NCBI RefSeq assembly: GCF_001194135.2
Contig: NC_068982.1
Span: 9,857,998 to 9,912,479, forward strand
Length of the DNA stretch: 54,482 nt
Direction: 5' to 3'
Source of the DNA: Octopus bimaculoides
Taxonomy: Eukaryota
Part shown: positions 38,530 to 50,481 of the stretch, one piece after another
Layout: each line of letters begins with the position of its first letter
How positions within the stretch are numbered: the stretch's first letter is position 1
Translations under genes and position numbers: made by a program
Notes under the pieces: generated by a model
What the model saw: the letters and a program-made list of their open reading frames with translations, nothing else
Database searches by the model: none
What the model was told of the DNA's origin: nothing

Positions 38530-38784
38530 TTGTGTTGGTGCATAAGTATCGCAGCTTTTTTTCAACAAATTTTATTCAACAAAAACAATGACAATATTTA
38601 ACAAAAACATCTTTAAATGACAGTCTGACCGTTTGCCAAGCAAATGGGAAGCGGTAATTGAAGTAGATGGTGAATATGTCCCAGAATAATCATTTACAGA
38701 TGATTTTGTTACATGTTGTCATTGTTTTTGTTGAATAAAATTTGTTGAAAAAAAAAAAGCCGCAATAATTATGCACCAACCCAA
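38530..38784 (+). mobile_element. Mariner-derived MITE with ~90-100 bp TIRs
   Basis: TA on both sides, with ttgtgttggtgcataagtat / ataattatgcaccaacccaa termini. The centre encodes DRLPSKWEAVIEVDGEYVPE*, a typical mariner transposase C-terminus. Confidence 0.85.
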
Positions 38785-38845
38785 TATTATTAAAATGTAA
38801 GGAGAGTATTGTAGTTCACTTGAAGCATTGTGTATTGTTTGTAAA

Positions 38846-39099
38846 GAATAAAAAGTTTTGACTGGTACAACAATGCACTATAATACAAAAAATGGACTAT
38901 ATACCTGTTGTAATTTAGTTATCCATACTCCGATGATATTTCGGAATACAATTCCTTCTTCGACTCCATCTAAGAATATCTGAAGAAGGAATTGTATTCC
39001 GAAATATCATCGGACTATGGATAACTAAATTACAACAGGTATATAGTCCATTTTTTTGTATTATAGTGCATTGTTGTAGCATTCAAAACTTTTTTATTC
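38846..39099. repeat. Long near-perfect inverted repeat
   Basis: Arms 38866-38961 and 38982-39078 differ by one substitution and one T indel, with a 20-nt spacer. There is an imperfect extension to 38846 and 39099. Confidence 0.95.
38978..39010 (+). ncRNA. Minimal hammerhead-like motif with an intact core, inside a long palindrome
   Basis: at-CTGAAGA-a-ggaat(tgt)attcc-GAAA-TA-TC-at. Stem II is 5 bp, stem III is the palindrome ATAT, and the triplet is AUC. Stem I is only 2 bp. Confidence 0.6.
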
Positions 39100-41455
39100 A
39101 TTAAAAAGTAACTCATTGAAATAACTGATTGAAAAAGCTTTTCCATAACTACATCGTAACTACATTATTCAAATTAATCTATCATCTTTGACATGACCTA
39201 TAATATTACAGTTAAGTGGTGATTATCATTGAGCAAACAAACAATATTCAATATTGCTTTTGTTTATCCAAATGTCCACCCTGACTGAATAGGCCTATGC
39301 TCCAAGACATTCCATTTCTGACCATCTTATCGTTTAAGACCACATTATCCAGAGTTTACTTTCTTTTCTTTTTAAGATATCAAAATGTGATTTGATAATG
39401 ATTTGGATGCTATTCTTAGCAGGTCAAGCAGCCACAAAATGGCTTCCTCATTGTCCTGCACAGACTGTGCATTTAGCGTTAGAGCATGCATGAGTTTACA
39501 CGCATGTGTATATGCTACAGACTGTTGATGTATACGCATGGTCGAATGTCTGTGTCTTAGTGTCAGTGGTTGTGAGTGGTTAAAGAAAATGCGTCAACTT
39601 AATAAAAATATATTATTCAGAATGAATAAATATTATATATTTTTTTTATATTATTAATCTTAAAAAGGAGAAATGTAACAAAATGCAACTGCTTTGTATA
39701 GCTTTATTCATTCGCAGCAACAATGACAGAGTGCTTCCAAGACATTCTCTATTCAGAAGACTAAAGACTCCCTAAACGACTGAAGAGAAGCTTTGAAAAG
39801 AAGCAGGTGCAAAGTAATTTGGTAGTTGGAAGACTGTAATCCTTTTCTGGAAATTGAAATCAATTCTCCAAAGGCTGAATTATTAAATAACAAACTCAAC
39901 AACATCAAATTCATAATTAATACTCTCGCATTGTGTTTAATCTGTTAAAGTTACTGCAGTTTTCTCACAGATGTTTTAGACAGAAAAAAGAAATAGAAGA
40001 CGATTTACTCATTAGCTTTTAGTTTTGTTTAGTGTTTTTAGAGAAAAGCCATCTCACAGAATGGAATGTTGTCTCACTTTCTTTTATATAAACCAGAAGA
40101 AAGAAAAACACTTTGGATGTTGGGAAAAAAAATTATTTTCCTATTTTCTTTTAAACGTATAAAAGAAGGCAGTAAGTTGTTAGATACAGAAGAAAGTTAT
40201 ATTTTGTTTCATATTACTGAGTTCAAACCCTGTGGAGAATCAATTTTGCTTTTGATGCTTCTAGAGTTGGTAAAGAATCAGTGTTGTAATGAGGTGAATC
40301 TAGTCAATGACATAGAACTATCCTAACAAAATTGGCTTCACAACTAGTGAAAGCAAATACATGTATAACATACATGACAATACACATAACAATTCATATA
40401 TAACAAAAAACAGGAAAGTTTGTTGATAAAATATTTTCATTACATCATCTCATGCATATTTTATTAATAATTAATTATCAGTTATATAATGCATGTTATA
40501 TCTGTGTGTGAAGTGAGAACAACTAATTAGTAAGAAATAATAGAGTAACACACTGAATGTCTCAGAGCAGACATTTACTGTCAATGTTCTTGACAAACTT
40601 GTGTGCCAAGTATGGTCCACTGGAATACCATGGATTCTGAGGTGAGTCAGAAAAAGCCAGAATATCGAGGAAGCTAAAACACTTTTATTCACATGCACTT
40701 CATCTGTCCATGTGTATTCTTTTGCAGCAGAGAAATTTCTATTCTAAAACAGTTTCAATACACTTTTTTTATGCAATAAATATTTGAGAAAGCTGATAAT
40801 ATACAATAACATTTTTCAGTCCCTTATCCAGTGTGTTGTGGACATCAAAATGTCCCAAAACTGCTACCTTAATAGATTTAGTTTAGTTTGGGTGCAGGGA
40901 CGATAATTTAGTTGAGAACCTTGCTTTTTAAAGATGTGGTTTCTCTCTTGATCTCACAACACCACTTAGACAAATGTTTTCTAAAATATCAAGGGGTTAA
41001 CCACACAACTGAAATTTGAAAACCAGAAATTGTGCAGGAACCTTCTCTGTGTGTATGTGTGTATCCTTTACTACTATATATCAGTGATGGATGTAAAATA
41101 ACAGTATTTTCCAAGTGAAGTCTGCTGTCACATTTGTTCTATATTGGGTTACAAAAAAATTCTCTTGTCCTTCCTGCCATCAGAAATGCAACAAATCAAT
41201 CAGAGATTTGTCTCATTGGAACATGCCACCAACAATATGATTGTCCGCCAATTGCAATATAAAATATAACACACGCTATTAGTAGGAATCCTAACAAATT
41301 CAAAATTGCCTCTTATGGTTACAAGTTGATAAAATGACTACCAGAAATACATTAGACTTAATGCAATTCACACTACTCGTATTATATTAAATCTTGTATT
41401 GTCCAAAGAGATCAGTAATGACTTGTGTGTTTGTATGTACACATCTGTGTGTGTG

Positions 41456-41503
<48 letters not shown>

Positions 41504-41504
41504 C

Positions 41505-41905
41505 TCTTTTACTTGTTTCAGTCATTTGACTGTGGCCATGCTGGAGCACCACCTTTAGTCAAGCAAAATGACCCCAGGACTTATTCTTTGTAAGCCTAGT
41601 ACTTATTCTATTGGTCTTTTTGGCCAAAGTGCTAGGTTACAGGGATGTAAACACACCAGCATCGGTTGTCAAGTGATGCTGGGGGGACAAACACAGACAT
41701 ACAAACATATACACAAACATACATATATATATACATATATACGACAGGCTTCTTTCAGTTTCCGTCTACCGAATCCACTCACAAAGCTTTGGTCGGCCTG
41801 AGGCTATAATAGAAGACACTTGCCCAAGGTGCCATGCAATGGGACTGAACCTGGAACCATGCGGTTCGTAAGCAAGCTACTTACCATACAGCCACTCTTA
41901 CACCT
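41505..41905 (-). mobile_element. SINE family A, near full length
   Basis: Same diagnostic blocks as 13105-13480. Confidence 0.8.
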
Positions 41906-41907
41906 AT

Positions 41908-41985
41908 AAATATATATATAAGTACCATATAAATATATATATAAGTACCATATAAATATATATATAAGTACCAAGTAAATATATA
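41908..41985 (+). repeat. 23-bp tandem repeat, ~3 copies
   Basis: aaatatatatataagtaccatat repeated. Confidence 0.8.
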
Positions 41986-42642
41986 CATATGTACCATAAT
42001 ACACAAGGCTTCAGAGGTTCTGAAAGTGCCATAGTTTTAATTATCCCATAACCATTTCCCTGGGACATTATATTCATGTTGGTAAAGAATTTAATTGGAG
42101 TGAACGGAGTGCTTTAAGATATTTGATTAAATGTCTCACATGTTTTTTTCTAAGTTCACAATTTCACTGAAGTTGATTTCACCTTTCATCATTCACAGTT
42201 CCATCAATGCAATGGACTGGAGTTGATTGAGGCTGAGAAATATACTAGAATCAATCAGTCACAGTATGTCGTCGCTTTAAAAAGGAAAGCCTTGTGACTA
42301 GTCAAAGGAAGTCATTATTATCCTGAGATATCCTCAGTCGTACGTGAATGAAAGCCTACATAGAAGATAATATAGATTTCTGTAATATTGATTTTGGAAA
42401 CTTGCATAACTTGTTTCTCTCATTTCTAAAAATGAGTAATAATCAGCATTGATGGAAATGTTCATGAAATAAAGTATTGTGATGTGACACAATAGAGTGA
42501 AATTCTTTACAGGAAGCATAATAAAAATAACTAATTAACCATTTCATGTAGCCCAGAATAAAAAAAAAATTAAAAAACAGACACATACACACAGACATGA
42601 ATATGTATTCTGAATATGCACATGAATATATATAACACATAC

Positions 42643-42678
<36 letters not shown>

Positions 42679-43562
42679 AATAACACTATCCATATCACGT
42701 CCTCACTTTGTTGTTTTGTTGTTTTTTTGTTATTGTTTTTTTGAACTTATATATNNNNNNNNNNNNNNNNNNNNNNNNNNNNNNNNNNNNNNNNNNNNNN
42801 NNNNNNNNNNNNNNNNNNNNNNNNNNNNNNNNNNNNNNNNNNNNNNNNNNNNNNNNNNNNNNNNNNNNNNNNNNNNNNNNNNNNNNNNNNNNNNNNNNNN
42901 NNNNNNNNNNNNNNNNNNNNNNNNNNNNNNNNNNNNNNNNNNNNNNNNNNNNNNNNNNNNNNNNNNNNNNNNNNNNNNNNNNNNNNNNNNNNNNNNNNNN
43001 NNNNNNNNNNNNNNNNNNNNNNNNNNNNNNNNNNNNNNNNNNNNNNNNNNNNNNNNNNNNNNNNNNNNNNNNNNNNNNNNNNNNNNNNNNNNNNNNNNNN
43101 NNNNNNNNNNNNNNNNNNNNNNNNNNNNNNNNNNNNNNNNNNNNNNNNNNNNNNNNNNNNNNNNNNNNNNNNNNNNNNNNNNNNNNNNNNNNNNNNNNNN
43201 NNNNNNNNNNNNNNNNNNNNNNNNNNNNNNNNNNNNNNNNNNNNNNNNNNNNNNNNNNNNNNNNNNNNNNNNNNNNNNNNNNNNNNNNNNNNNNNNNNNN
43301 NNNNNNNNNNNNNNNNNNNNNNNNNNNNNNNNNNNNNNNNNNNNNNNNNNNNNNNNNNNNNNNNNNNNNNNNNNNNNNNNNNNNNNNNNNNNNNNNNNNN
43401 NNNNNNNCAATTATAAATAAGGGCAAAAGAAAAAAATTACTATGCCAATATGCTGAGAAATAGACTTTAAATCGTCAATCAGCACGTACAATATACATTA
43501 CTATGAATATATGCTGGCCACTTGATGAGATTTAAAAAAATTTTTTTATCCTATATTAGAAG

Positions 43563-43609
<47 letters not shown>

Positions 43610-44334
43610 GCATACATGAATACACACTACATGCTACATGTATATACATTGAGAAGATAAAGCTTTTTCAAAAAAGAATTGAAATATAATTTATTAAAGT
43701 ACATTTTCTCTGTTAACTACAAGCTTATTACTAGGTTTGAGCTAGTAACATTTATGAAGATGTTGTATCTGCTCAAGATAATAAATAAGTTTCTTTTAAC
43801 AAATTACCTATTGCTTATAAGATATTTGCTCTGCATACACAGTGCTATTATCTCAGGACAGCATATCTTAGGATATAAATGTCATGGCCATGGTTAGACT
43901 ATCTAACTGAAGAATTCTTCTATCACCTAATTCCATACCATGGGTTTTAATAAAACAGACAGACTTAACAATAACTACAAGAGAGTCAATTTTCTTAATC
44001 CAAGAACAATGACAGTTGACTTTTACAGGATTTGCATTAGTGAAGCAGATGAGATGATTTATGTTATCTAAAAGCATATAATGTGAAGGATAAATTATGA
44101 TAGTGAATTAGGTGGGACAGAAGATTCAAAATACAATGCACGTAATATACATTGAAAATATACTTGCAGTATGCATGTCACACACAAGCTGACAACTAGC
44201 CAAGAAAACACAGGAACTAATTTCTCATTACAGATATATAAGTTGTAGAATAAATCAAATGAAGAGCATGAAATATGGTCCCAGGAAATGCAGGCGTTAA
44301 AGAATTTCATCAGCTAGATAATAGATATATTAAG

Positions 44335-44530
44335 CCTTTCAACAATAGGCACAGGGCCTGAAATTTTGAGAGAGGGTGTTAGGTGATTACATCAACCCCA
44401 GTACTCAACTGGTACTTATTTTATTGACCTGGAAGGATGAAAGGCAAAGTCCACCTTGGCAGAATTTGAACTCAGAACATAAAGATGGACAAAATGCCAG
44501 AAAGCTAATAATTCTGCCAGCTCACTAGCT
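44335..44530 (-). mobile_element. SINE family C
   Basis: Same central block. Confidence 0.75.
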
Positions 44531-44561
44531 TAAAAAAAAATATACAGTAATCCCTTGCCAT

Positions 44562-45609
44562 ATCACGGTTCACCTATCGTGCACTTAGTACATCACGGTT
44601 CACCTATAACATACTCAGTACATCACAGTTCACCTATTGTGCACTCAGTACATCATGGTTCACTATCATGCACTCAGTACATCACGGTTCATCTATTGTG
44701 CGCTCAGTACATCACGGTTCACCTATAACACACTCAGTACATCACGGTTCATCTATTGTGCGCTCAGTACATCACGGTTCACCTATAACACACTCAGTAC
44801 ATCACGGTTCATCTATTGTGCACTCAGTACATCACGGTTCAACTATAACACACTCAGTACATCNNNNNNNNNNNNNNNNNNNNNNNNNNNNNNNNNNNNN
44901 NNNNNNNNNNNNNNNNNNNNNNNNNNNNNNNNNNNNNNNNNNNNNNNNNNNNNNNNNNNNNNNNNNNNNNNNNNNNNNNNNNNNNNNNNNNNNNNNNNNN
45001 NNNNNNNNNNNNNNNNNNNNNNNNNNNNNNNNNNNNNNNNNNNNNNNNNNNNNNNNNNNNNNNNNNNNNNNNNNNNNNNNNNNNNNNNNNNNNNNNNNNN
45101 NNNNNNNNNNNNNNNNNNNNNNNNNNNNNNNNNNNNNNNNNNNNNNNNNNNNNNNNNNNNNNNNNNNNNNNNNNNNNNNNNNNNNNNNNNNNNNNNNNNN
45201 NNNNNNNNNNNNNNNNNNNNNNNNNNNNNNNNNNNNNNNNNNNNNNNNNNNNNNNNNNNNNNNNNNNNNNNNNNNNNNNNNNNNNNNNNNNNNNNNNNNN
45301 NNNNNNNNNNNNNNNNNNNNNNNNNNNNNNNNNNNNNNNNNNNNNNNNNNNNNNNNNNNNNNNNNNNNNNNNNNNNNNNNNNNNNNNNNNNNNNNNNNNN
45401 NNNNNNNNNNNNNNNNNNNNNNNNNNNNNNNNNNNNNNNNNNNNNNNNNNNNNNNNNNNNNNNNNNNNNNNNNNNNNNNNNNNNNNNNNNNNNNNNCTAT
45501 AACACACTCAGTACATCACGGTTCATCTATTGTGCACTCAGTACATCACGGTTCAACTATAACACACTCAGTACATCACGGTTCACCTATTGTGCACTCA
45601 GTACATCAT
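44562..45609 (+). repeat. 30-bp satellite with a 60-bp alternating higher-order unit, spanning a gap
   Basis: Alternating cactcagtacatcacggttcatctattgtg and cgctcagtacatcacggttcacctataaca. Lines 44701 and 44761 are identical 60-mers. The N gap is 44864-45496. Confidence 0.95.
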
Positions 45610-47003
45610 GCAATAATATGTCTATAGCAAAGATACTAAGTCACAAATATCTTAGTATCTCTTGCTTTAAATTATTATTATTTATGTTGATTAGCCACTG
45701 GTCAACCACTAATTGAACAGACCTGTCATTGAAGGTATTTCTGTAATGACCATCTCATATTTTTCCAGGCTAGCATAAGATGGCAGGGTGTACATATTGC
45801 AGAAGTTATATAATTGTTTTTTACACAACATTTCTGTAATTTACAGAACCTATTAAGAGTGAGGGTAGAACTAACCCTGTCTAGCTCAAAATAACAACTG
45901 TAAGTGATAAAACAGCAAACACTAACAGCGTATCTGAATTGGCTAGGATGGGGCTCTATCACATGACCCACTGCCAGCTGAGAGATACCAAGCAAAACGA
46001 ATGGAATTAAAAGCATAGAATATACTAGACTTTGCTAAAAGCAGAATTCAGAATCACAACTCTTGTACTAAAGCTTAAAATGCATGGTTAGAGATGGAGG
46101 CATGGCTGTGCATTTCACAACCACAGAGTTCTGGATTTTGGTCTGGATAGTTCTTGACTTGGTCCCATGGCATTGGGCAAGTGTCATTTATCAAAGCCTA
46201 AAACCTTATGTTGATCAATATTTTGAGAATGAGACCAACGTGTAGAAACTATTCAGAAGCTTGTCACATGCACTCGCATGTGTGTGCGTGATTTCATGCA
46301 TGTGTGTGTGTGAGCCCATGCATGTGTGTATATGTATGTTGTTTCTATAGGCTACATGGATGTCTATTGGCAAAAAAATATATATATAAAAATTGTGAAG
46401 GAAAGTAAATAAAAAAATGGAACCCAAATAAATCGGTGTTTACTGAGTGATGCTTCACACAGTATTTATTTAGCACTGAGTAACAGAAGCACATTATGAG
46501 TCTGTTTGTCTCTTTGGCAGAAACACAGTGAACTAATGATTGGGTCATAGGAAGCCTGTAACTAAAGCCAGCATTGTTTACCAAATGAAATATAAATCCG
46601 TCCATCATTTTGTATCTGGGTTTTGTCCCCATTAACAGGGGTGGCCAGATCTACCTCAATGCCATAGCAACCGCCCTCACACCATCTCACCCGGTTTTGG
46701 GAATCCTCCCTTCTCAAGCCAACCCTCCCAATCTCCTCCACCTGTCCCCTCCACATTTTCCTTGGTCTACCTCGCTTTCGCTATCCATTCACCTCAAACT
46801 CTAGCACCTTCTTCAAAACATGCTCCTCATCCCTCCCTCAACACATGCCCATACTACTGCACTCCATTCGCCCTCCCCAGCCATTCCACTGATTCCACCA
46901 ACCCCAGCATCCCCATCAAGTCCTCAGTCTACCTCTTATCAAACAGCCTCACGCCACACATTTCTCTCACCATCGCTCTCTCTGTCCTTCTCAAAATTTC
47001 CAC

Positions 47004-47035
<32 letters not shown>

Positions 47036-47040
47036 CTATC

Positions 47041-47084
<44 letters not shown>

Positions 47085-47908
47085 AAACATCATGTCTCAC
47101 TCCCATACAGCATTGCAAATAAGGAACATGCTAATAACTGATCTAGAATTACAATAAATCAAAAGTTATAAATTTCTGACAAGACGTGTTATAAATAACC
47201 AACGTATAATTTGTCATCCATCATTTTATCTAAGACATTGGATATATAAAATGTCTGTATATTAGACAAAAGAGAACTGTTGATAGAGATTTCAACAGGT
47301 GTTGTAAGACAACTTTCTGAATACATTTACACAAGACATTTCATTTATTGTAATATTTGTATGATTTATGGTCTTTTGATTTCAATTCATATTCATCCCT
47401 AAAGCGTTTTCGTTCGTTCGTTTTGTGGATGACAAATAGAAAAATGATCATGAATGTGCACAGACAAGCCGTTTGCTAATTTTCTGCAGCGTAGGCCACA
47501 TAAGGCACCAACTGATTTCTTACTTGTTACTAAGTGCTGTTTACACATTACAAGGCACCTTAGTATAATGCAGTCCCACAAATCATACTTCTATTTTCTT
47601 TATTGCAAATAATGAAAGATTTCTTTTTGTATCAGGCGTTTGGTGTAATTTTTTGTTATGTTTACACCAGGCTACTATTTCATGTATTTTCACTTAGACT
47701 AATAAGAACTCCCTCTATTATCGTTGCGTATGTTCAATAAATCAATGGGCTCACACACGGGTATACCATAGAAAAAAAACCTTCATTTGACAATGATCTT
47801 TATCTGCAAATCTAAAGATTTAAGCTGTTTCATCATCATCATCATCACCATCATCATCACTATCATCATCGTCACCATCTACATTATTATCATCACCATC
47901 ATCATCAT

Positions 47909-48087
47909 CATTTAAACACATAAAGGAGATGCCCATAATAAGACATCTAACCAACTAGAAGGAGCAGTCAAACTCCAAACCACAATTAGGGATAATTTCG
48001 AAAGGGAATGAAAAATAGAAACATTTACCTGCTCCTTCTAGCGGGTTAGATGTCTTATCATGGACATCTCTCTTATGTGTTTAAATG
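47909..48087. repeat. Inverted repeat / possible MITE
   Basis: 59-bp arms at 47909-47967 and 48029-48087 (catttaaacacataa... / ...ttatgtgtttaaatg), with a ~60-nt spacer. Confidence 0.85.
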
Positions 48088-48208
48088 TACACTGTATGTA
48101 TTTATATGAATAATATATAGTCTACTGACTAGTTTTTTCTTCTTGCTAGACCAATGGTAGCAAAAAGAGTTTCTAAATTTTTATGCTACCCTGAGATTTT
48201 GTCATACC

Positions 48209-48248
48209 GGCCATGACGAAGGGAAATAGCCCTGAAACTCGAGTCGCC
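48209..48248 (+). ncRNA. Minimal type-I hammerhead ribozyme-like motif (1-nt insertion in core)
   Basis: ggc-C(a)TGACGA-aggg(aaatag)ccct-GAAAC-tcga-GTC-gcc. Stem I is 3 bp, stem II is 4 bp, stem III is the palindrome ACTCGAGT, and the triplet is GUC. Confidence 0.7.
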
Positions 48249-48556
48249 TTTATATATATATATTTATATTTATATATTTATATATTTGATCCTTTATATT
48301 GAACACTCAATATTTCATCTACATTCAATACTTTCTTTCATGGTGCCATCCATTTTTATTTTATTTTATTTTATATTGTATATTGTATATCATATTATAT
48401 ATTGTATATTCCATATTCTATACCCCACATTAGTTCTGCAGGAATATAAATAAAACATAAAAAACAGACAGTGTTGGAACTCTTTTAAGCAAAATAATAT
48501 ATTCCTCTATACACAATCATACAAAAAAACCCACCTTTTTTGTATTTATTTTTACT

Positions 48557-48592
<36 letters not shown>

Positions 48593-48624
48593 CATATGTA
48601 CCTACATACACACATGCAAACATA

Positions 48625-48780
48625 TATACTCTTTCTTACTCTAGGCACAAGGCTCAAAATTTTTGGAAAGGGAGCCAGTCGATTAGATCGACCCCAGTAC
48701 ACAACTGGTACTTAATTTATCAAAAGGATGAAAGGCAAAGTCGACCTCGGCGAAATTTGAACTCAGAATATAAAGAAAGA
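48625..48780 (-). mobile_element. SINE family C
   Basis: Same central block. Confidence 0.75.
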
Positions 48781-48794
48781 CATATATATACATA

Positions 48795-49120
48795 TATACA
48801 TATGCATATATGGGTACAGGATGTCACCAAAGGTAAACAATATGAAATCCGAAAACAAATAAGTTCAATACGCAAACAAGAGAAACAAATTTAAAACAGG
48901 ACAAGTAACACAAAGAACGACCCTTCATCAGTTGTCAGTAGTCTAATGTTCGAAATGAGGAGTAGATAGACAGCCGACAACTGATGAAGGGTCGTTCTTT
49001 GTGTTACGTGTCCTATTTTACATTTGTTTCTCTCGTTGTTTGCGTATTGAACTCATTTGTTTTCGTATTTCATGTTGTTTACCATGGGTGACGTTCTGTA
49101 CCCATATATGCATATGTGTA
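48795..49120. repeat. Long imperfect inverted repeat
   Basis: Arms ~48795-48945 and 48967-49120 (e.g. aaagaacgacccttcatcagttgtc / gacaactgatgaagggtcgttcttt), with a ~21-nt spacer. Confidence 0.9.
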
Positions 49121-49214
49121 TATGTATATACATATATATATTATTTATATTATTATTTGATTGAACACCAAGCATCCATTTCCAAGTATATATATATTTG
49201 AACCAAATTCAATG

Positions 49215-49575
49215 ACTGGCACCTGTGTCAGTGGAGCGCTAACAGCACCATCCAAGCGTGATCATTGCCAGAGCAGCTGTCTGGCTTCCATGCCGGTGGC
49301 ACATAAAATGCACCATTTGAGCATGATCGTTACCAGCATCGCCTTACTGGCAGGTGAACAAAACATTCAAACGTGGTCGTTGCCAGTGCCGCTGGACTGA
49401 CCCCTGTGCAGGTGGCATGTGAAAACACTATTTGAGCATGGCCATTGCCAGTACCACCTGACTGGCTCTCATGCCAGTGGCACATAAAAGCACCCACTAC
49501 ACTCTCGGAGTGGTTGGCGTTAGGAAGGGCATCCAGCTGTAGAAACTCTGCCAGATCAGATTGGAGCCTGTTTAT
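49215..49575 (+). mobile_element. Family B copy with an internal tandem array
   Basis: About four internal units, then gcacccactacactctcgg, running into the gap. Confidence 0.8.
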
Positions 49576-50263
49576 AATTACACCNNNNNNNNNNNNNNNN
49601 NNNNNNNNNNNNNNNNNNNNNNNNNNNNNNNNNNNNNNNNNNNNNNNNNNNNNNNNNNNNNNNNNNNNNNNNNNNNNNNNNNNNNNNNNNNNNNNNNNNN
49701 NNNNNNNNNNNNNNNNNNNNNNNNNNNNNNNNNNNNNNNNNNNNNNNNNNNNNNNNNNNNNNNNNNNNNNNNNNNNNNNNNNNNNNNNNNNNNNNNNNNN
49801 NNNNNNNNNNNNNNNNNNNNNNNNNNNNNNNNNNNNNNNNNNNNNNNNNNNNNNNNNNNNNNNNNNNNNNNNNNNNNNNNNNNNNNNNNNNNNNNNNNNN
49901 NNNNNNNNNNNNNNNNNNNNNNNNNNNNNNNNNNNNNNNNNNNNNNNNNNNNNNNNNNNNNNNNNNNNNNNNNNNNNNNNNNNNNNNNNNNNNNNNNNNN
50001 NNNNNNNNNNNNNNNNNNNNNNNNNNNNNNNNNNNNNNNNNNNNNNNNNNNNNNNNNNNNNNNNNNNNNNNNNNNNNNNNNNNNNNNNNNNNNNNNNNNN
50101 NNNNNNNNNNNNNNNNNNNNNNNNNNNNNNNNNNNNNNNNNNNNNNNNNNNNNNNNNNNNNNNNNNNNNNNNNNNNNNNNNNNNNNNNNNNNNNNNNNNN
50201 NNNNNNNNNNNNNNNNNNNNNNNNNNNNNNNNNNNNNNNNNNNNNNNNNNNNNNNNNNNNNNN

Positions 50264-50443
50264 ACGCCAACCACTCAGAGAGTGTAGTAGGTGCTTTTAC
50301 GTGTCACCTGCACGAAGGCCAGTCAGGCGATACTGGCAACGGCCACGCTCGAAATGGTGTCTTTTATGTGCTACCCGCACAAGCCAGTCCAGGGGCACTG
50401 GCAACGATCTCGCTCGAAAATCCTACGGAGGCCAGTCAGGCGG

Positions 50444-50445
<2 letters not shown>
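50264..50445 (-). mobile_element. Family B copy, inverted relative to 49215-49575
   Basis: acgccaaccactcagagagtgtagtaggtgcttttacgtg... is the reverse complement of the family core. Confidence 0.8.

Positions 50446-50481
<36 letters not shown>

Noticed and set aside
44562-45609. CRISPR-like array
   Set aside because: The repeats are contiguous with no unique spacers, the DNA is eukaryotic, and there are no cas genes. It is a satellite.
46610-47157. Pro/Ser-rich and (SL)n ORFs
   Set aside because: They derive from C/T-rich low-complexity sequence and a (CT)n microsatellite.
47399-47581. Unique-looking segment with a 60-aa ORF and a GTAAGA donor-like site on the minus strand
   Set aside because: There is no resemblance to the complexin N-terminus or any protein I recognise, and such sites are common by chance.
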